From a virus, in the IMG/VR virus record IMGVR_UViG_3300033145_001087, positions 1 to 64,000 of that record: 64,000 bases of DNA; one strand, 5' to 3'. Positions 36,621 to 45,862 of the stretch are shown here, in pieces. Position 1 is the stretch's first letter; each line of letters starts with the position of its first letter. The notes under the pieces are model-generated. The model had not been told where the DNA came from. It was given only the letters and a program-made list of their open reading frames with translations, and did no database searches. The translations under genes were made by a program, and so were the position numbers.

Positions 36621-37697
36621 ATGCATGTATTACTTGTTGAACCAAATTATCCTATCCGCTATCCCAATCTTGCGTTAATGAAACTAAGTGCTAAATATAA
36701 GTCCTTAGGTTTTACAACAGAATACCTTAAGGGAGAACAATATTTTTTAAACAAAAAACCAGATAAAATATTCATATCTACTATGTTTACCTATTATGCT
36801 AAAGAAACTATAGAGTGTATTAACTTCTATAAACTCAATTTTCCTGATGCAACCATACAAGTGGGTGGGATATTTGCTACACTTATGCCTGAATATATAA
36901 AAGAAAAAACAGGTATAATACCAGTTATTGGGTGTATTGAAGAATTAGACAGATTAACGCCGGATTATAAACTTATCGAGGAAATGATTAAATATTCTCC
37001 CTATATAGAGAAATGGAAAGAATTTAGTATCTTATTCAGCACTAGAGGATGTCCACGTAATTGTGGTTTTTGTGCTGTTAAAACATTAGAACCAAAGGCA
37101 AAAATAATTGAAAATTGGAAAGACCTTATCAATTTAGATACGAAAAATGTAATGTTTCAAGATAATAATTTAACAGCAATGCCTTTTAAACATTTTAAAA
37201 AAGTTATGACTTTTATAATAGATAATAAATTAAAAGCGTGTTTTAATAATGGGTTTGATGCTAGACTTTTGAATGAAGAACAAATGCAATTAATGGCTAA
37301 AGTTAAGTGGTATCCTGGTGGATTAAGATTAGCTTTTGATAATATGAGTGAAGATAAGCATATACAAAAATGTATTAAAAGACTTATAGAATTAGGCGTT
37401 TCTAAATCAGCGTTCCTAATCTTTTGTTTATTTAATTTTAACGATGATTTAAAAGAAGCTATGTATAGGCATAGGGAAATGGCTAATTTAGGAGTAAGAC
37501 CTTATCCCCAAGTTTATGCACCTCTAGATAAATTAACAAAGAAACCCATTTATGTTTCTCCTAAATGGACACTAGAATTAATTAGAGAATTTAGACAGTA
37601 TTTTATTTTAGCTGGTAATTATAAATATAAAACATTTAATCAGTATTTAAAAGAAAAAGGTAAAAAACTAGAAAATGACACTATACGACGAATTTAA
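36621..37697 (+). CDS. B12-binding-domain radical SAM protein
   Basis: PNLALMKLS, VGG.FAT, TRGCPRNCGFC, DNN, GFDARL. Confidence 0.85.
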   Translation: MHVLLVEPNYPIRYPNLALMKLSAKYKSLGFTTEYLKGEQYFLNKKPDKIFISTMFTYYAKETIECINFYKLNFPDATIQVGGIFATLMPEYIKEKTGIIPVIGCIEELDRLTPDYKLIEEMIKYSPYIEKWKEFSILFSTRGCPRNCGFCAVKTLEPKAKIIENWKDLINLDTKNVMFQDNNLTAMPFKHFKKVMTFIIDNKLKACFNNGFDARLLNEEQMQLMAKVKWYPGGLRLAFDNMSEDKHIQKCIKRLIELGVSKSAFLIFCLFNFNDDLKEAMYRHREMANLGVRPYPQVYAPLDKLTKKPIYVSPKWTLELIREFRQYFILAGNYKYKTFNQYLKEKGKKLENDTIRRI

Positions 37698-38067
37698 AAA
37701 ATTGATGAAAGGAACGTTGCCTGATAAAGGAATGTTAGTTCCTTTATTTAGATGGTCTTCTGGCAATGAAAGAAATATAGTAAATTGCCAAAAAATTAAT
37801 AAATTATTTACTAAAGTGGATAAAGGTATACTAAATAGGATGTTAGTATACGGAAACATGACAAAATTTCCATTTAAATACCCAAAAGAACTAAAAGACG
37901 ACAAGAAAATAGAGTTTTTCTTTAATGATATTTGTAGTTTTTATGGGTGGACACGAAACGAATTAAGGAAAAATTGGAGAGTAATAGATTTAGAATATCT
38001 TAAAGAAAAAATAAGTAAAATATACGCATACGATAAAAAAGAAAAAAGAATAATAAATAAACTTTAA
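37675..38067 (+). CDS. hypothetical protein, possibly clamp-loader A subunit (T4 gp62-like)
   Basis: FKYPK...ICSFYGWT..E pattern, directly upstream of polB. Confidence 0.3.
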   Translation: MTLYDEFKKLMKGTLPDKGMLVPLFRWSSGNERNIVNCQKINKLFTKVDKGILNRMLVYGNMTKFPFKYPKELKDDKKIEFFFNDICSFYGWTRNELRKNWRVIDLEYLKEKISKIYAYDKKEKRIINKL

Positions 38068-38079
38068 GGGTGATACAAA

Positions 38080-41000
38080 ATTTTTTTAATTGAAACAAAA
38101 CAACATGAACATTATTCCGAATTAATAATATTTTCAAGAGATAAAGAGGGTAATAAAGTTGTAGAATCAGTTAAGGATTTTCGTCCTTATTTTTATGTCC
38201 TAGAAGATGAAAGTGTTCCAAACGATTATAGAATAACAAGTGTTGAAACAGGATATGTTAGTTTGGTTGGAGAAAAAGTAAAAAAGATTTTTGTAAAGAA
38301 ATCATCGGATGTATTCTTTGTTAGAGATTTATTTACCAAACATTTTGAAGCAGATATAATGTTTAATCAACGATATATAATAGATAAATATGGTGAGGCT
38401 AAGGTTTATCCATTAAAAGTTATGTCATTAGATATAGAAACTGATTCAGATACTACATTTCCAAATATGAAAGACCCAGACCAAGCGATTATTTCCTGTG
38501 CTTTTAAAGACAATAAAGGAAACAAACAAGTATTATTTTATAAGTCTAAAGAATGTAAAGTAGAAATTACTCCTAAATCATATCTTAAAGTTTTTAACAC
38601 GGAAGAAGAATTATTAAATGCTATAATAGTATATATTAAAAATGAAGACCCAGACATTTTAACAGGATGGTATAGTAATGACTTCGATTTACTTTATATG
38701 ATAAGACGAATGAAAAAACTTAAAATTAAATATTCTAAACTTTCTCCTTTATATTCAGTGTGGATAACAGATAAATGGGAAGATGTAGTTATAAAAGGAC
38801 GGGTATTATTAGATATGAAAGAACTGTATGAAAAATTTAGAGGAATTTCAAATCAAGGGCGTGCAGAATCATATTCATTAGAGTTTACTTCCCAAGAAGT
38901 ACTTGGTGTTGGTAAAATACCACATAAAGAAAATTTCCATGAAATGTGGATAAATAAACCAAATGAATTGATAGAATATAACTTACGGGACGCAGAATTG
39001 GTGATTCAAATAAATACAAAACTAGATATAGTTAATTTTTTTAATTATTTAAGGGCAAAATCATTTGCACAATTATCACAAGTTTATGCTACATCATCTT
39101 TAGTCGATGGTTTTTTACTTAAAAAAGCTCATAACAAAATAGTTTTACCAAGTAAACCTATTAGGAAAAAACAAAGCAAATATAAAGGAGCTCATGTTTT
39201 TACACCAAAACCAGGATTATATAATAATGTATTAGCACTTGACGTAGCAGGTCTTTACCCAAACATCATAAAAACATTTAATGTAGGATATGAAACTTTT
39301 AACCCAAAAGGAGAAATCTTACTTAAAGAAGGAATTGGGTTTAATAAAGGCATTGGACTTATTTCGGAAGTTATGAGAGAGCTTCAAAAAGAACGACAAA
39401 TCTATAAAGATTTAATGAAAAAAGCAACAATAAAAAGCGAACAATTATTAAATCATTATAAACAATATTCAGTAAAAGTATTAGCAAATTCGTTTTATGG
39501 TTATTTAGGTTTTCCAGGTGGAAGAATTTATAAAAAAGAAGTTGCAGAAGCAATTACAATATGGGGGCAAGAATTGCTATTTTGGACAGAAAAGTTTTTA
39601 AAGAAACAAGGATATACAATTTTAGCAGGAGATACAGATTCTGTTTATGTAGAATCTAAATCAAAAGGAATGCTTAAATTGTTAAAAGAAGGTAAAGAAA
39701 TAGTAGATAAGATAAATGAATCATATTCAGATTTTGCTAAACATTATGGGTCTAATGAATGCACTTTAGAATTAGAGTTTGAAAAGATATTTAAAACAAT
39801 AATATTTGTTGGTAAAAAAGGAGAAGAACGGGGGGCAAAGAAGAAATATGCATATAGACTATTATGGGAAGATGGAAAACAAGTAAATGATAAAATAAAG
39901 TTTACTGGATTTAGTTCTGTTAGGAGTGATACGCAACGATTAGCAAAAGAAACTGAGCGTAAAGTTGTTAAAATGATAATGGATGGAGAGACTAAAGAAA
40001 CTATAATAACACTTATTAAAGACTTAGATAAAAAAATAAGAACACATTTAATACCAATCGAAGAGATTGGTGTGCCTACAGGTATAAGTAAGCACCTCCG
40101 TGAGTATGGGAAAACAAAGAACGAGAATGGGAAAAAGAGGAAAACGGGCACTCCACCAGTAGTGGTGGGTGCTCGTTATTGTTATGATAAAAAGACAGAA
40201 GTTTTAACTGAGGATGGTTGGCAATTAATTAAAGACGTGGGTAATAAAAAAATAGCAACTTTAAGGGATAATTCACATTTAGAATATCAGAGGCCAAATG
40301 AAATTATTGTGGATAACTATAAGGGAGAGATGTATTATATAAATTCAAATCATATTAATATGTTAGTAACTCCTAACCATAATATTTATTGTTCAAATAC
40401 GCATTTAGATAGTAAAAAAAAGAGGGTTTGGAAATTACAAAAAGCGAAAGACGCCTTAAACAAGAAAACATATTTTAAAAAGTATTGTAACTGGATAGGA
40501 CAAGAATGTCAATTTTTTATACTACCATATATAGAAAAAAAATGGACATGTGGTAATCATCATTCGCATCATTGTAAAAAATGGAAAACAAAAAAAATAC
40601 TAATGGATGATTGGCTTGAATTTTTAGGATATATAATTTCGGAAGGAAGTATTCGTGGCAGTAAAGGAAGTAAATATGAAAATGAAATACGCATATCTCA
40701 ATATAAAAGTGTAAATATGTTTAAATATAATAAGATAAAGAAATGTTTAGATAAGTTGCCTTTTTATTATTCATATAACGATTTTGGGTTTAGAATAAAG
40801 AATAGACAGCTTTGGCATTATCTTAAACAATTAGGGAACTCCTCTCAAAAACACATACCCAGAGAATTCTTAAAGTTATCTTCGAGACACTTACAAATAT
40901 TATTTAATAGTATGTTCCTAGGTGATGGGCACACAACAAATAGCGGTACACAAGTTTATACAACTATTTCAGAACAACTAATAAACGATACGCAAGAACT

Positions 41001-41484
41001 ATTCTTAAAAATAGGATATCAAGGAAATATTTTAAAATCTGAACATAATAATAAACCATTATATCACATATGTAAAATAAAACCAAGAGATGTCATTATT
41101 AATTATCGCAAAGCTTGGAAACATGATAAAATGGTTCCTTATAATGGTTTAATATATTGTGTTAATGTAAAAAATCACATAATATATGTTAGAAGGAACG
41201 GGAAAGCTTATTGGTGTGGTAATAGTAATAAATACCTTAATACTCGATTTGGACAAGGAAGTAAACCTAAATGGGTATACATTAAAAAAGTAGCAGACGG
41301 ATATCCTGATACACCAGTATTATCATTTGATGAGGATATCCCCAAAGGATTTTTACCAGACTATGATAAAATTATAGAAAAGATGTTTAAAGCAAAGCTA
41401 GAAGAACTCTTCAAAGCAGTTGGTTTTGGAGATTTCCCGAACATTGATTATAATATAAAAGAATTGGATAAATTCTTTGGGTGA
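38080..41484 (+). CDS. polB: family B DNA polymerase with intein (probable ATT start at 38080)
   Basis: DFRPYFY, DIETD, GWY..FDL, YNLRD, LDVAGLYP, K.LANSFYG, AGDTDS, KKKYA, and a PIP-like C-terminus KELDKFF. Confidence 0.95.
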   Translation: MFLIETKQHEHYSELIIFSRDKEGNKVVESVKDFRPYFYVLEDESVPNDYRITSVETGYVSLVGEKVKKIFVKKSSDVFFVRDLFTKHFEADIMFNQRYIIDKYGEAKVYPLKVMSLDIETDSDTTFPNMKDPDQAIISCAFKDNKGNKQVLFYKSKECKVEITPKSYLKVFNTEEELLNAIIVYIKNEDPDILTGWYSNDFDLLYMIRRMKKLKIKYSKLSPLYSVWITDKWEDVVIKGRVLLDMKELYEKFRGISNQGRAESYSLEFTSQEVLGVGKIPHKENFHEMWINKPNELIEYNLRDAELVIQINTKLDIVNFFNYLRAKSFAQLSQVYATSSLVDGFLLKKAHNKIVLPSKPIRKKQSKYKGAHVFTPKPGLYNNVLALDVAGLYPNIIKTFNVGYETFNPKGEILLKEGIGFNKGIGLISEVMRELQKERQIYKDLMKKATIKSEQLLNHYKQYSVKVLANSFYGYLGFPGGRIYKKEVAEAITIWGQELLFWTEKFLKKQGYTILAGDTDSVYVESKSKGMLKLLKEGKEIVDKINESYSDFAKHYGSNECTLELEFEKIFKTIIFVGKKGEERGAKKKYAYRLLWEDGKQVNDKIKFTGFSSVRSDTQRLAKETERKVVKMIMDGETKETIITLIKDLDKKIRTHLIPIEEIGVPTGISKHLREYGKTKNENGKKRKTGTPPVVVGARYCYDKKTEVLTEDGWQLIKDVGNKKIATLRDNSHLEYQRPNEIIVDNYKGEMYYINSNHINMLVTPNHNIYCSNTHLDSKKKRVWKLQKAKDALNKKTYFKKYCNWIGQECQFFILPYIEKKWTCGNHHSHHCKKWKTKKILMDDWLEFLGYIISEGSIRGSKGSKYENEIRISQYKSVNMFKYNKIKKCLDKLPFYYSYNDFGFRIKNRQLWHYLKQLGNSSQKHIPREFLKLSSRHLQILFNSMFLGDGHTTNSGTQVYTTISEQLINDTQELFLKIGYQGNILKSEHNNKPLYHICKIKPRDVIINYRKAWKHDKMVPYNGLIYCVNVKNHIIYVRRNGKAYWCGNSNKYLNTRFGQGSKPKWVYIKKVADGYPDTPVLSFDEDIPKGFLPDYDKIIEKMFKAKLEELFKAVGFGDFPNIDYNIKELDKFFG
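40180..41223 (+). mobile_element. intein with LAGLIDADG endonuclease in PolB (348 aa)
   Basis: Y|CYDKKTEVLT..GW, block B VTPNH, FLGYIISEG and MFLGDG, YCVNV...RRNGKAYWCGN|S. Confidence 0.92.
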
Positions 41485-41488
41485 AAAA

Positions 41489-42553
41489 ATGAATACGCAA
41501 AGTGCACTTATAAAAGATTTCGTTAAGTCCTCTAAATATTATTTAGTTAATTTTTCGACAGATAGTGATAATGATTTTGGTAAAATTTTAAGAAATGAAG
41601 AATTAAAAAAAATAAATATAGAAAAGAATGAAATACATAGGAGTATAGAAAATAAAAATGGTGATTGTCTTTTCGTTTTAGATTTGAAACCTAAGAATGA
41701 AACATATATAGATAATCCAATTCAATTACTTTTAAATACTTTAGATGATGCTAGAGGGATAGAATTAGTTTACCCAAACATTTTTAAATGGGTATTTAAT
41801 GGGTTAAATATTAAAGCATATGCATTAGTACCAAGTGGTAAATCACGTTCACAATCCACTATCAGTAGATATGGGGGAACAGAAAATTTTATAAAAATCT
41901 TACGACACCATTTAAAAAACATAGTAAAAATGAAAAATGGTATTTCCCCTGATTATAATTTTTTAAATTTGAAAGAAGAATTAAAAAATACTGAATTATC
42001 TATAGGCTCTATAAATTCTTTAACCGGTCAATATAATATTTTTATCGACCTTACGTCATCATATATAAAGATATTAAAAGACAGTAAATATTTTATTAGT
42101 TCAAATAATACATTGAATCATTTAGAAATGAAATATTGGGCACGAGAAATTAACCCAGATTTTATAATTGAAGCAAAACATATAAAACTAAAGAATTCAA
42201 TACCACTAATAGATAAAATATATGACTTATATCCGTTACCAGTAAAAAGAATTATGAAATTAAAACACAAAGGAAATTATAATAGATTCTTATTAGCACG
42301 TTTTTTATTATCTGTTCATACACCAAAAGATGCAAAGTTTATGTATTATTCAGTATTGGGAGACGAAGAGAGGGAACATATAAGTAAAGGAGACTGTTCT
42401 ACACAATGGGGATATATTTTAAATAATATTAAACGATATTGTTGTCCTTCATTAAAAGAATTAAATTCTTTCATAAAAAGAGGAGACCCACCATTATCAC
42501 ATCCATTAGAAAAAGTACAAGCATATTTAAAAGGAAAAAATGACAAAAACTAA
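41489..42553 (+). CDS. primase-related protein: degenerate AEP-like N-terminal domain + PriL/PriX-like helical C-terminal domain
   Basis: LFVLDLK, WVFNG..IKAY, SIGSIN..TG, then YP.PV..I......NY.RF.LA.FL...Y..PS..EL. Follows polB. Confidence 0.5.
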   Translation: MNTQSALIKDFVKSSKYYLVNFSTDSDNDFGKILRNEELKKINIEKNEIHRSIENKNGDCLFVLDLKPKNETYIDNPIQLLLNTLDDARGIELVYPNIFKWVFNGLNIKAYALVPSGKSRSQSTISRYGGTENFIKILRHHLKNIVKMKNGISPDYNFLNLKEELKNTELSIGSINSLTGQYNIFIDLTSSYIKILKDSKYFISSNNTLNHLEMKYWAREINPDFIIEAKHIKLKNSIPLIDKIYDLYPLPVKRIMKLKHKGNYNRFLLARFLLSVHTPKDAKFMYYSVLGDEEREHISKGDCSTQWGYILNNIKRYCCPSLKELNSFIKRGDPPLSHPLEKVQAYLKGKNDKN

Positions 42554-42770
42554 ACAAGAACTCATAGAAGATATACAAGAATCAGAAACTACTATTAATA
42601 CTTTAAAACAAAACAATAGATTTTTATTATCACAACAAAAAGAATTTAAAAGTATGGCAGAAATTGCTGGAACTAAAATGGCAAAATGGAAGCACACATG
42701 TATTAAACAAGAAGATGAATTAAAAAGATTAAAATCTAAAATAAAATATATAAAAAATGAAAAAAGGTGA
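42540..42770 (+). CDS. coiled-coil protein
   Basis: Heptad pattern. Confidence 0.5.
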   Translation: MTKTKQELIEDIQESETTINTLKQNNRFLLSQQKEFKSMAEIAGTKMAKWKHTCIKQEDELKRLKSKIKYIKNEKR

Positions 42771-42776
42771 GATAAT

Positions 42777-43529
42777 ATGGACGTAAATAGGATAGAACTT
42801 AAACATATAAAAGGAGACGTATTGGATATTTGTTTCTTTGGCGACCAACATATAGGAAGTAAAGATAGTGATATAGAATCAATTGAGAAAATGGTAGAAT
42901 GGATAAAAAACAAAAAGAATGTAGCTGTTATTTTAATGGGAGATACTGTAGATTGTGCTCTTAGAGGGTCAGTTGGTGCAGGCGCCTATGACAATATATT
43001 GACCCCATCTGAACAAATGGAATTTGCGGTTAAGCTTTTTACTCCTATAAAAGACAAAATATATGGTGTTCATAATGGAAATCATGGTAATAGAATGTAT
43101 AATGAAACAACAATAAGTCCAGAAAGCTATATTGCTAAAGCACTTGGAGTACCCTATTTAGGAGATACTTGTTTTCACTACTTAAGATTTGGTACACAAA
43201 CGTATATATTATTTACTGCACATGGTAGTACTGGTTCAACAACTGTTGGCGGTGCATTAAATTCCTGTATGAAATATGGGCAATATTCAGCCGCAGATAT
43301 ATATGCTATGGGGCACACACATAATTTAGCCAGTTATGCACAAGTATTTTATGAAGTTAGTAAAAAAGATAAAATGCTTATTAAAAGGAAAAAGCATTTT
43401 TTACTTACAGGTGGCTTTCTTAAATGGAAAGGGTCATATGCAGAACAAAAGAATTACGCACCACTTAAAATAGGATGTGCAAAAGCAACAGTTCGTGGTG
43501 ACAGATACGACATTCATATCCGAACATAA
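42777..43529 (+). CDS. metallophosphoesterase
   Basis: GDQHIG, GD, GNH, HG, GHTH. Confidence 0.9.
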   Translation: MDVNRIELKHIKGDVLDICFFGDQHIGSKDSDIESIEKMVEWIKNKKNVAVILMGDTVDCALRGSVGAGAYDNILTPSEQMEFAVKLFTPIKDKIYGVHNGNHGNRMYNETTISPESYIAKALGVPYLGDTCFHYLRFGTQTYILFTAHGSTGSTTVGGALNSCMKYGQYSAADIYAMGHTHNLASYAQVFYEVSKKDKMLIKRKKHFLLTGGFLKWKGSYAEQKNYAPLKIGCAKATVRGDRYDIHIRT

Positions 43530-43541
43530 TAAGGTGAAAAA

Positions 43542-43805
43542 ATGATAATAGAAATAGAAACAATTTCTTACTTAGTAGGAACAGGATTTGGTATAATTAG
43601 TACAGCAATATATTTTAAATTAAAAACCATAGAACAAAAACTAAAAAATGTTGAGGATTCATTTCCGACCCCAGAAGAAGTAGCAAAAGAAGTTATCAAA
43701 GTCAAACTTCCATTGTCTGAGGTTCCTCCAGATGTTATGGAAAACATAAAAGGTATGGCAGAAAAGTTAAAAGATAAAAAGATAATAGAGTCTTATGTAG
43801 GATAA
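43542..43805 (+). CDS. single-TM protein
   Basis: N-terminal hydrophobic helix. Confidence 0.55.
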   Translation: MIIEIETISYLVGTGFGIISTAIYFKLKTIEQKLKNVEDSFPTPEEVAKEVIKVKLPLSEVPPDVMENIKGMAEKLKDKKIIESYVG

Positions 43806-43806
43806 A

Positions 43807-44139
43807 TTGGTATCAACGGCGAAATCTAAGGGGTATAGGACAGTTGCTACCATAAAAAAAATACTGATAGCAGATGGATATATAGTAGCTAATTTAGAGA
43901 AATCTGGAAAATTTGTTAAAGAAAAAGACCTTTTCAATTTGTGGGATTTACTTGCAATCAAAGGAATCCATCACCTTTTCATTCAAGCGAAAACAAATAT
44001 GAAATTTGGAATTAAGAAACCAAGAAAATGGTTATTACCCTATATAAAATTTGGAAAAAAGCATGGTAGTAAATATGTAAAGTACGAGATATGGAATAAG
44101 CCTGACAGGCAACCCATTGAAACATTTAAATGTAAATAA
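43807..44139 (+). CDS. Hjc-like Holliday junction resolvase (PD-(D/E)xK)
   Basis: KSKG...L..DGY.V, DLF...DLLA, FIQAK. Confidence 0.7.
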   Translation: MVSTAKSKGYRTVATIKKILIADGYIVANLEKSGKFVKEKDLFNLWDLLAIKGIHHLFIQAKTNMKFGIKKPRKWLLPYIKFGKKHGSKYVKYEIWNKPDRQPIETFKCK

Positions 44140-44277
44140 ATGTTGGTGAAAAATGATGAAAATGACTGAAAAAGAAGAATATTGTTTAAACAATTTGATT
44201 TTGAGTTACTTTTATCCTGAATTAAGCGAAAGTCTTAAATATGATGGATGTAATCCTGAAAAAAATAGCTCAAAAAA

Positions 44278-44300
44278 CGAAACATTTATATACTAGAAGT
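44278..44300 (+). promoter_or_regulatory. BRE-TATA promoter
   Basis: CGAAACATTTATATACTAGAAGT. Confidence 0.75.
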
Positions 44301-44407
44301 AACATAATATATGTATATGAATCATTAACTTGACAACAATTTCTCTCATTCTACTAATTTATAAAGGATAAGAGACAATGTTATCGAAAAAAAAGGTGAT
44401 AAATAAA

Positions 44408-45085
44408 ATGGAAATGAAAAAAATAACAAAAGGACTTGCAATTGGTGCTATAACAATCCTAGCAGGTGGATTGCTAGCAGGATGTGCAAGTAACGAAATC
44501 ACATATACCGATACCGAAGTTAAAGCACAAATCGCTGAGGCTAAAGCATCTGTAATTTGTGACCCCGAAATAGTAACGGAATATGTTGAAACAGAAACAA
44601 TAGTTGAAGTAGATAAAATTGTTGAAGTAGAAAAAATAGTGGAAGTAGACAACGGTAATATGGACTCTGTTCTTGAATATGCTTATGAGAATGAAGGAAA
44701 TATGAGTTTAGTTATTGATGACTTAGACGACGATGAACTTGACTTAATTGTTGATAGGATTGCTTTTATCAACGAAATAAAGCAACTAGCTATTGATGAA
44801 GTAAAAGCAGAAGGCATTGACGAACTTGATAAGGAAATTACAGAAGTTAATAATATAACCATAGACGAAGATGACATTGATAGGTTTAGGATATATGATG
44901 ATGCAGACGAAATTGAAGTAGATGCTATTGATTTCGAAGATGGAGATGCAGACGTATCTGTAGATGTTAGATTCGAACAAGATGATGTACGTTATTATGC
45001 AAAATTCCTTGTAGAATTTAAAGATGGTAAAGTCGACGATATATCACTTGAGGGTGATGTAACAGAAACAAACCCAAGAGACTAA
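44408..45085 (+). CDS. acidic lipoprotein (moron-like, with its own promoter and terminator)
   Basis: MKKITKGLAIGAITILAGGLLAG|C lipobox, VEVEKIVEV repeats, D/E-rich, oligo-T downstream. Confidence 0.75.
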   Translation: MEMKKITKGLAIGAITILAGGLLAGCASNEITYTDTEVKAQIAEAKASVICDPEIVTEYVETETIVEVDKIVEVEKIVEVDNGNMDSVLEYAYENEGNMSLVIDDLDDDELDLIVDRIAFINEIKQLAIDEVKAEGIDELDKEITEVNNITIDEDDIDRFRIYDDADEIEVDAIDFEDGDADVSVDVRFEQDDVRYYAKFLVEFKDGKVDDISLEGDVTETNPRD

Positions 45086-45092
45086 AATTAAA

Positions 45093-45113
45093 TTTTTTTA
45101 TTTTTTTCTTTTT
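45093..45113 (+). terminator. oligo-T terminator
   Basis: TTTTTTTATTTTTTTCTTTTT after the last plus-strand gene. Confidence 0.55.
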
Positions 45114-45422
45114 CAAAATGGTAACTATTATTATTACTAGAAATAGAATAAGTGAAATAATTATAAACTTCTTAATAAAGAACGATTTCTTAAATAACTG
45201 TATAAGTGTTAGAATATGATATTATTAACTATTATATATACAACAATTAATATAGTTAAGCTTTTCTTACGGTAGTCATAACGCCATAGGACGCACAGGG
45301 ATGCGATTTAAGCAACGCTGTTTTTTAGACATACTAGACTACCTCTTTTTGGAGAAGTCTTCTTAAATCAATGTTTCTGTGCGTCCTAGAGCATCCTAGA
45401 GTGATGTTTTAAGTGGTTTTTC

Positions 45423-45596
45423 TTACTTATTTAAAGCTATAAATTTACCTGTAAATTTAAGGTATTTCTTTAACCACATATCATCTTTTACTGTAGGAGT
45501 AATTTTTATAATTATAGAAACTAAGCCAATTAATGCTAAATATCCTTCTACTAAAGCCAATTTATTACTAATTACCCAATTAAGTATTTCTTGCAT
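45423..45596 (-). CDS. holin-like small membrane protein (57 aa, not in the ORF track)
   Basis: MQEILNWVISNKLALVEGYLALIGLVSIIIKITPTVKDD...; SD GAGGT. Confidence 0.5.
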   Translation of the reverse strand: MQEILNWVISNKLALVEGYLALIGLVSIIIKITPTVKDDMWLKKYLKFTGKFIALNK

Positions 45597-45606
45597 TTTT
45601 TTACCT

Positions 45607-45828
45607 CTATATTGTAGATTTTATTATACTTATACCAACACTTAACAATAAAACTAAAACTGTTAATGTAAAGCTATATGCACCAAATATTAATTTGCTA
45701 TGGAGTTTTACCCTGCCGTTTGTTATTTTTTGTTCAGTATGTATTTCATCAAGTTTTTTCATAATGTCTTTATTCGTATATGAAACTCTAAATATTTCGT
45801 TGTTATTAGTCATTTCTTTTTCCTCCAT
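45607..45828 (-). CDS. small coiled-coil + TM protein (lysis-associated?)
   Basis: KLDEI...TNGRV..., C-terminal TM helix. Confidence 0.55.
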   Translation of the reverse strand: MEEKEMTNNNEIFRVSYTNKDIMKKLDEIHTEQKITNGRVKLHSKLIFGAYSFTLTVLVLLLSVGISIIKSTI

Positions 45829-45862
45829 ATTTTATTTTATTAATATACTATTTTTATTATTT

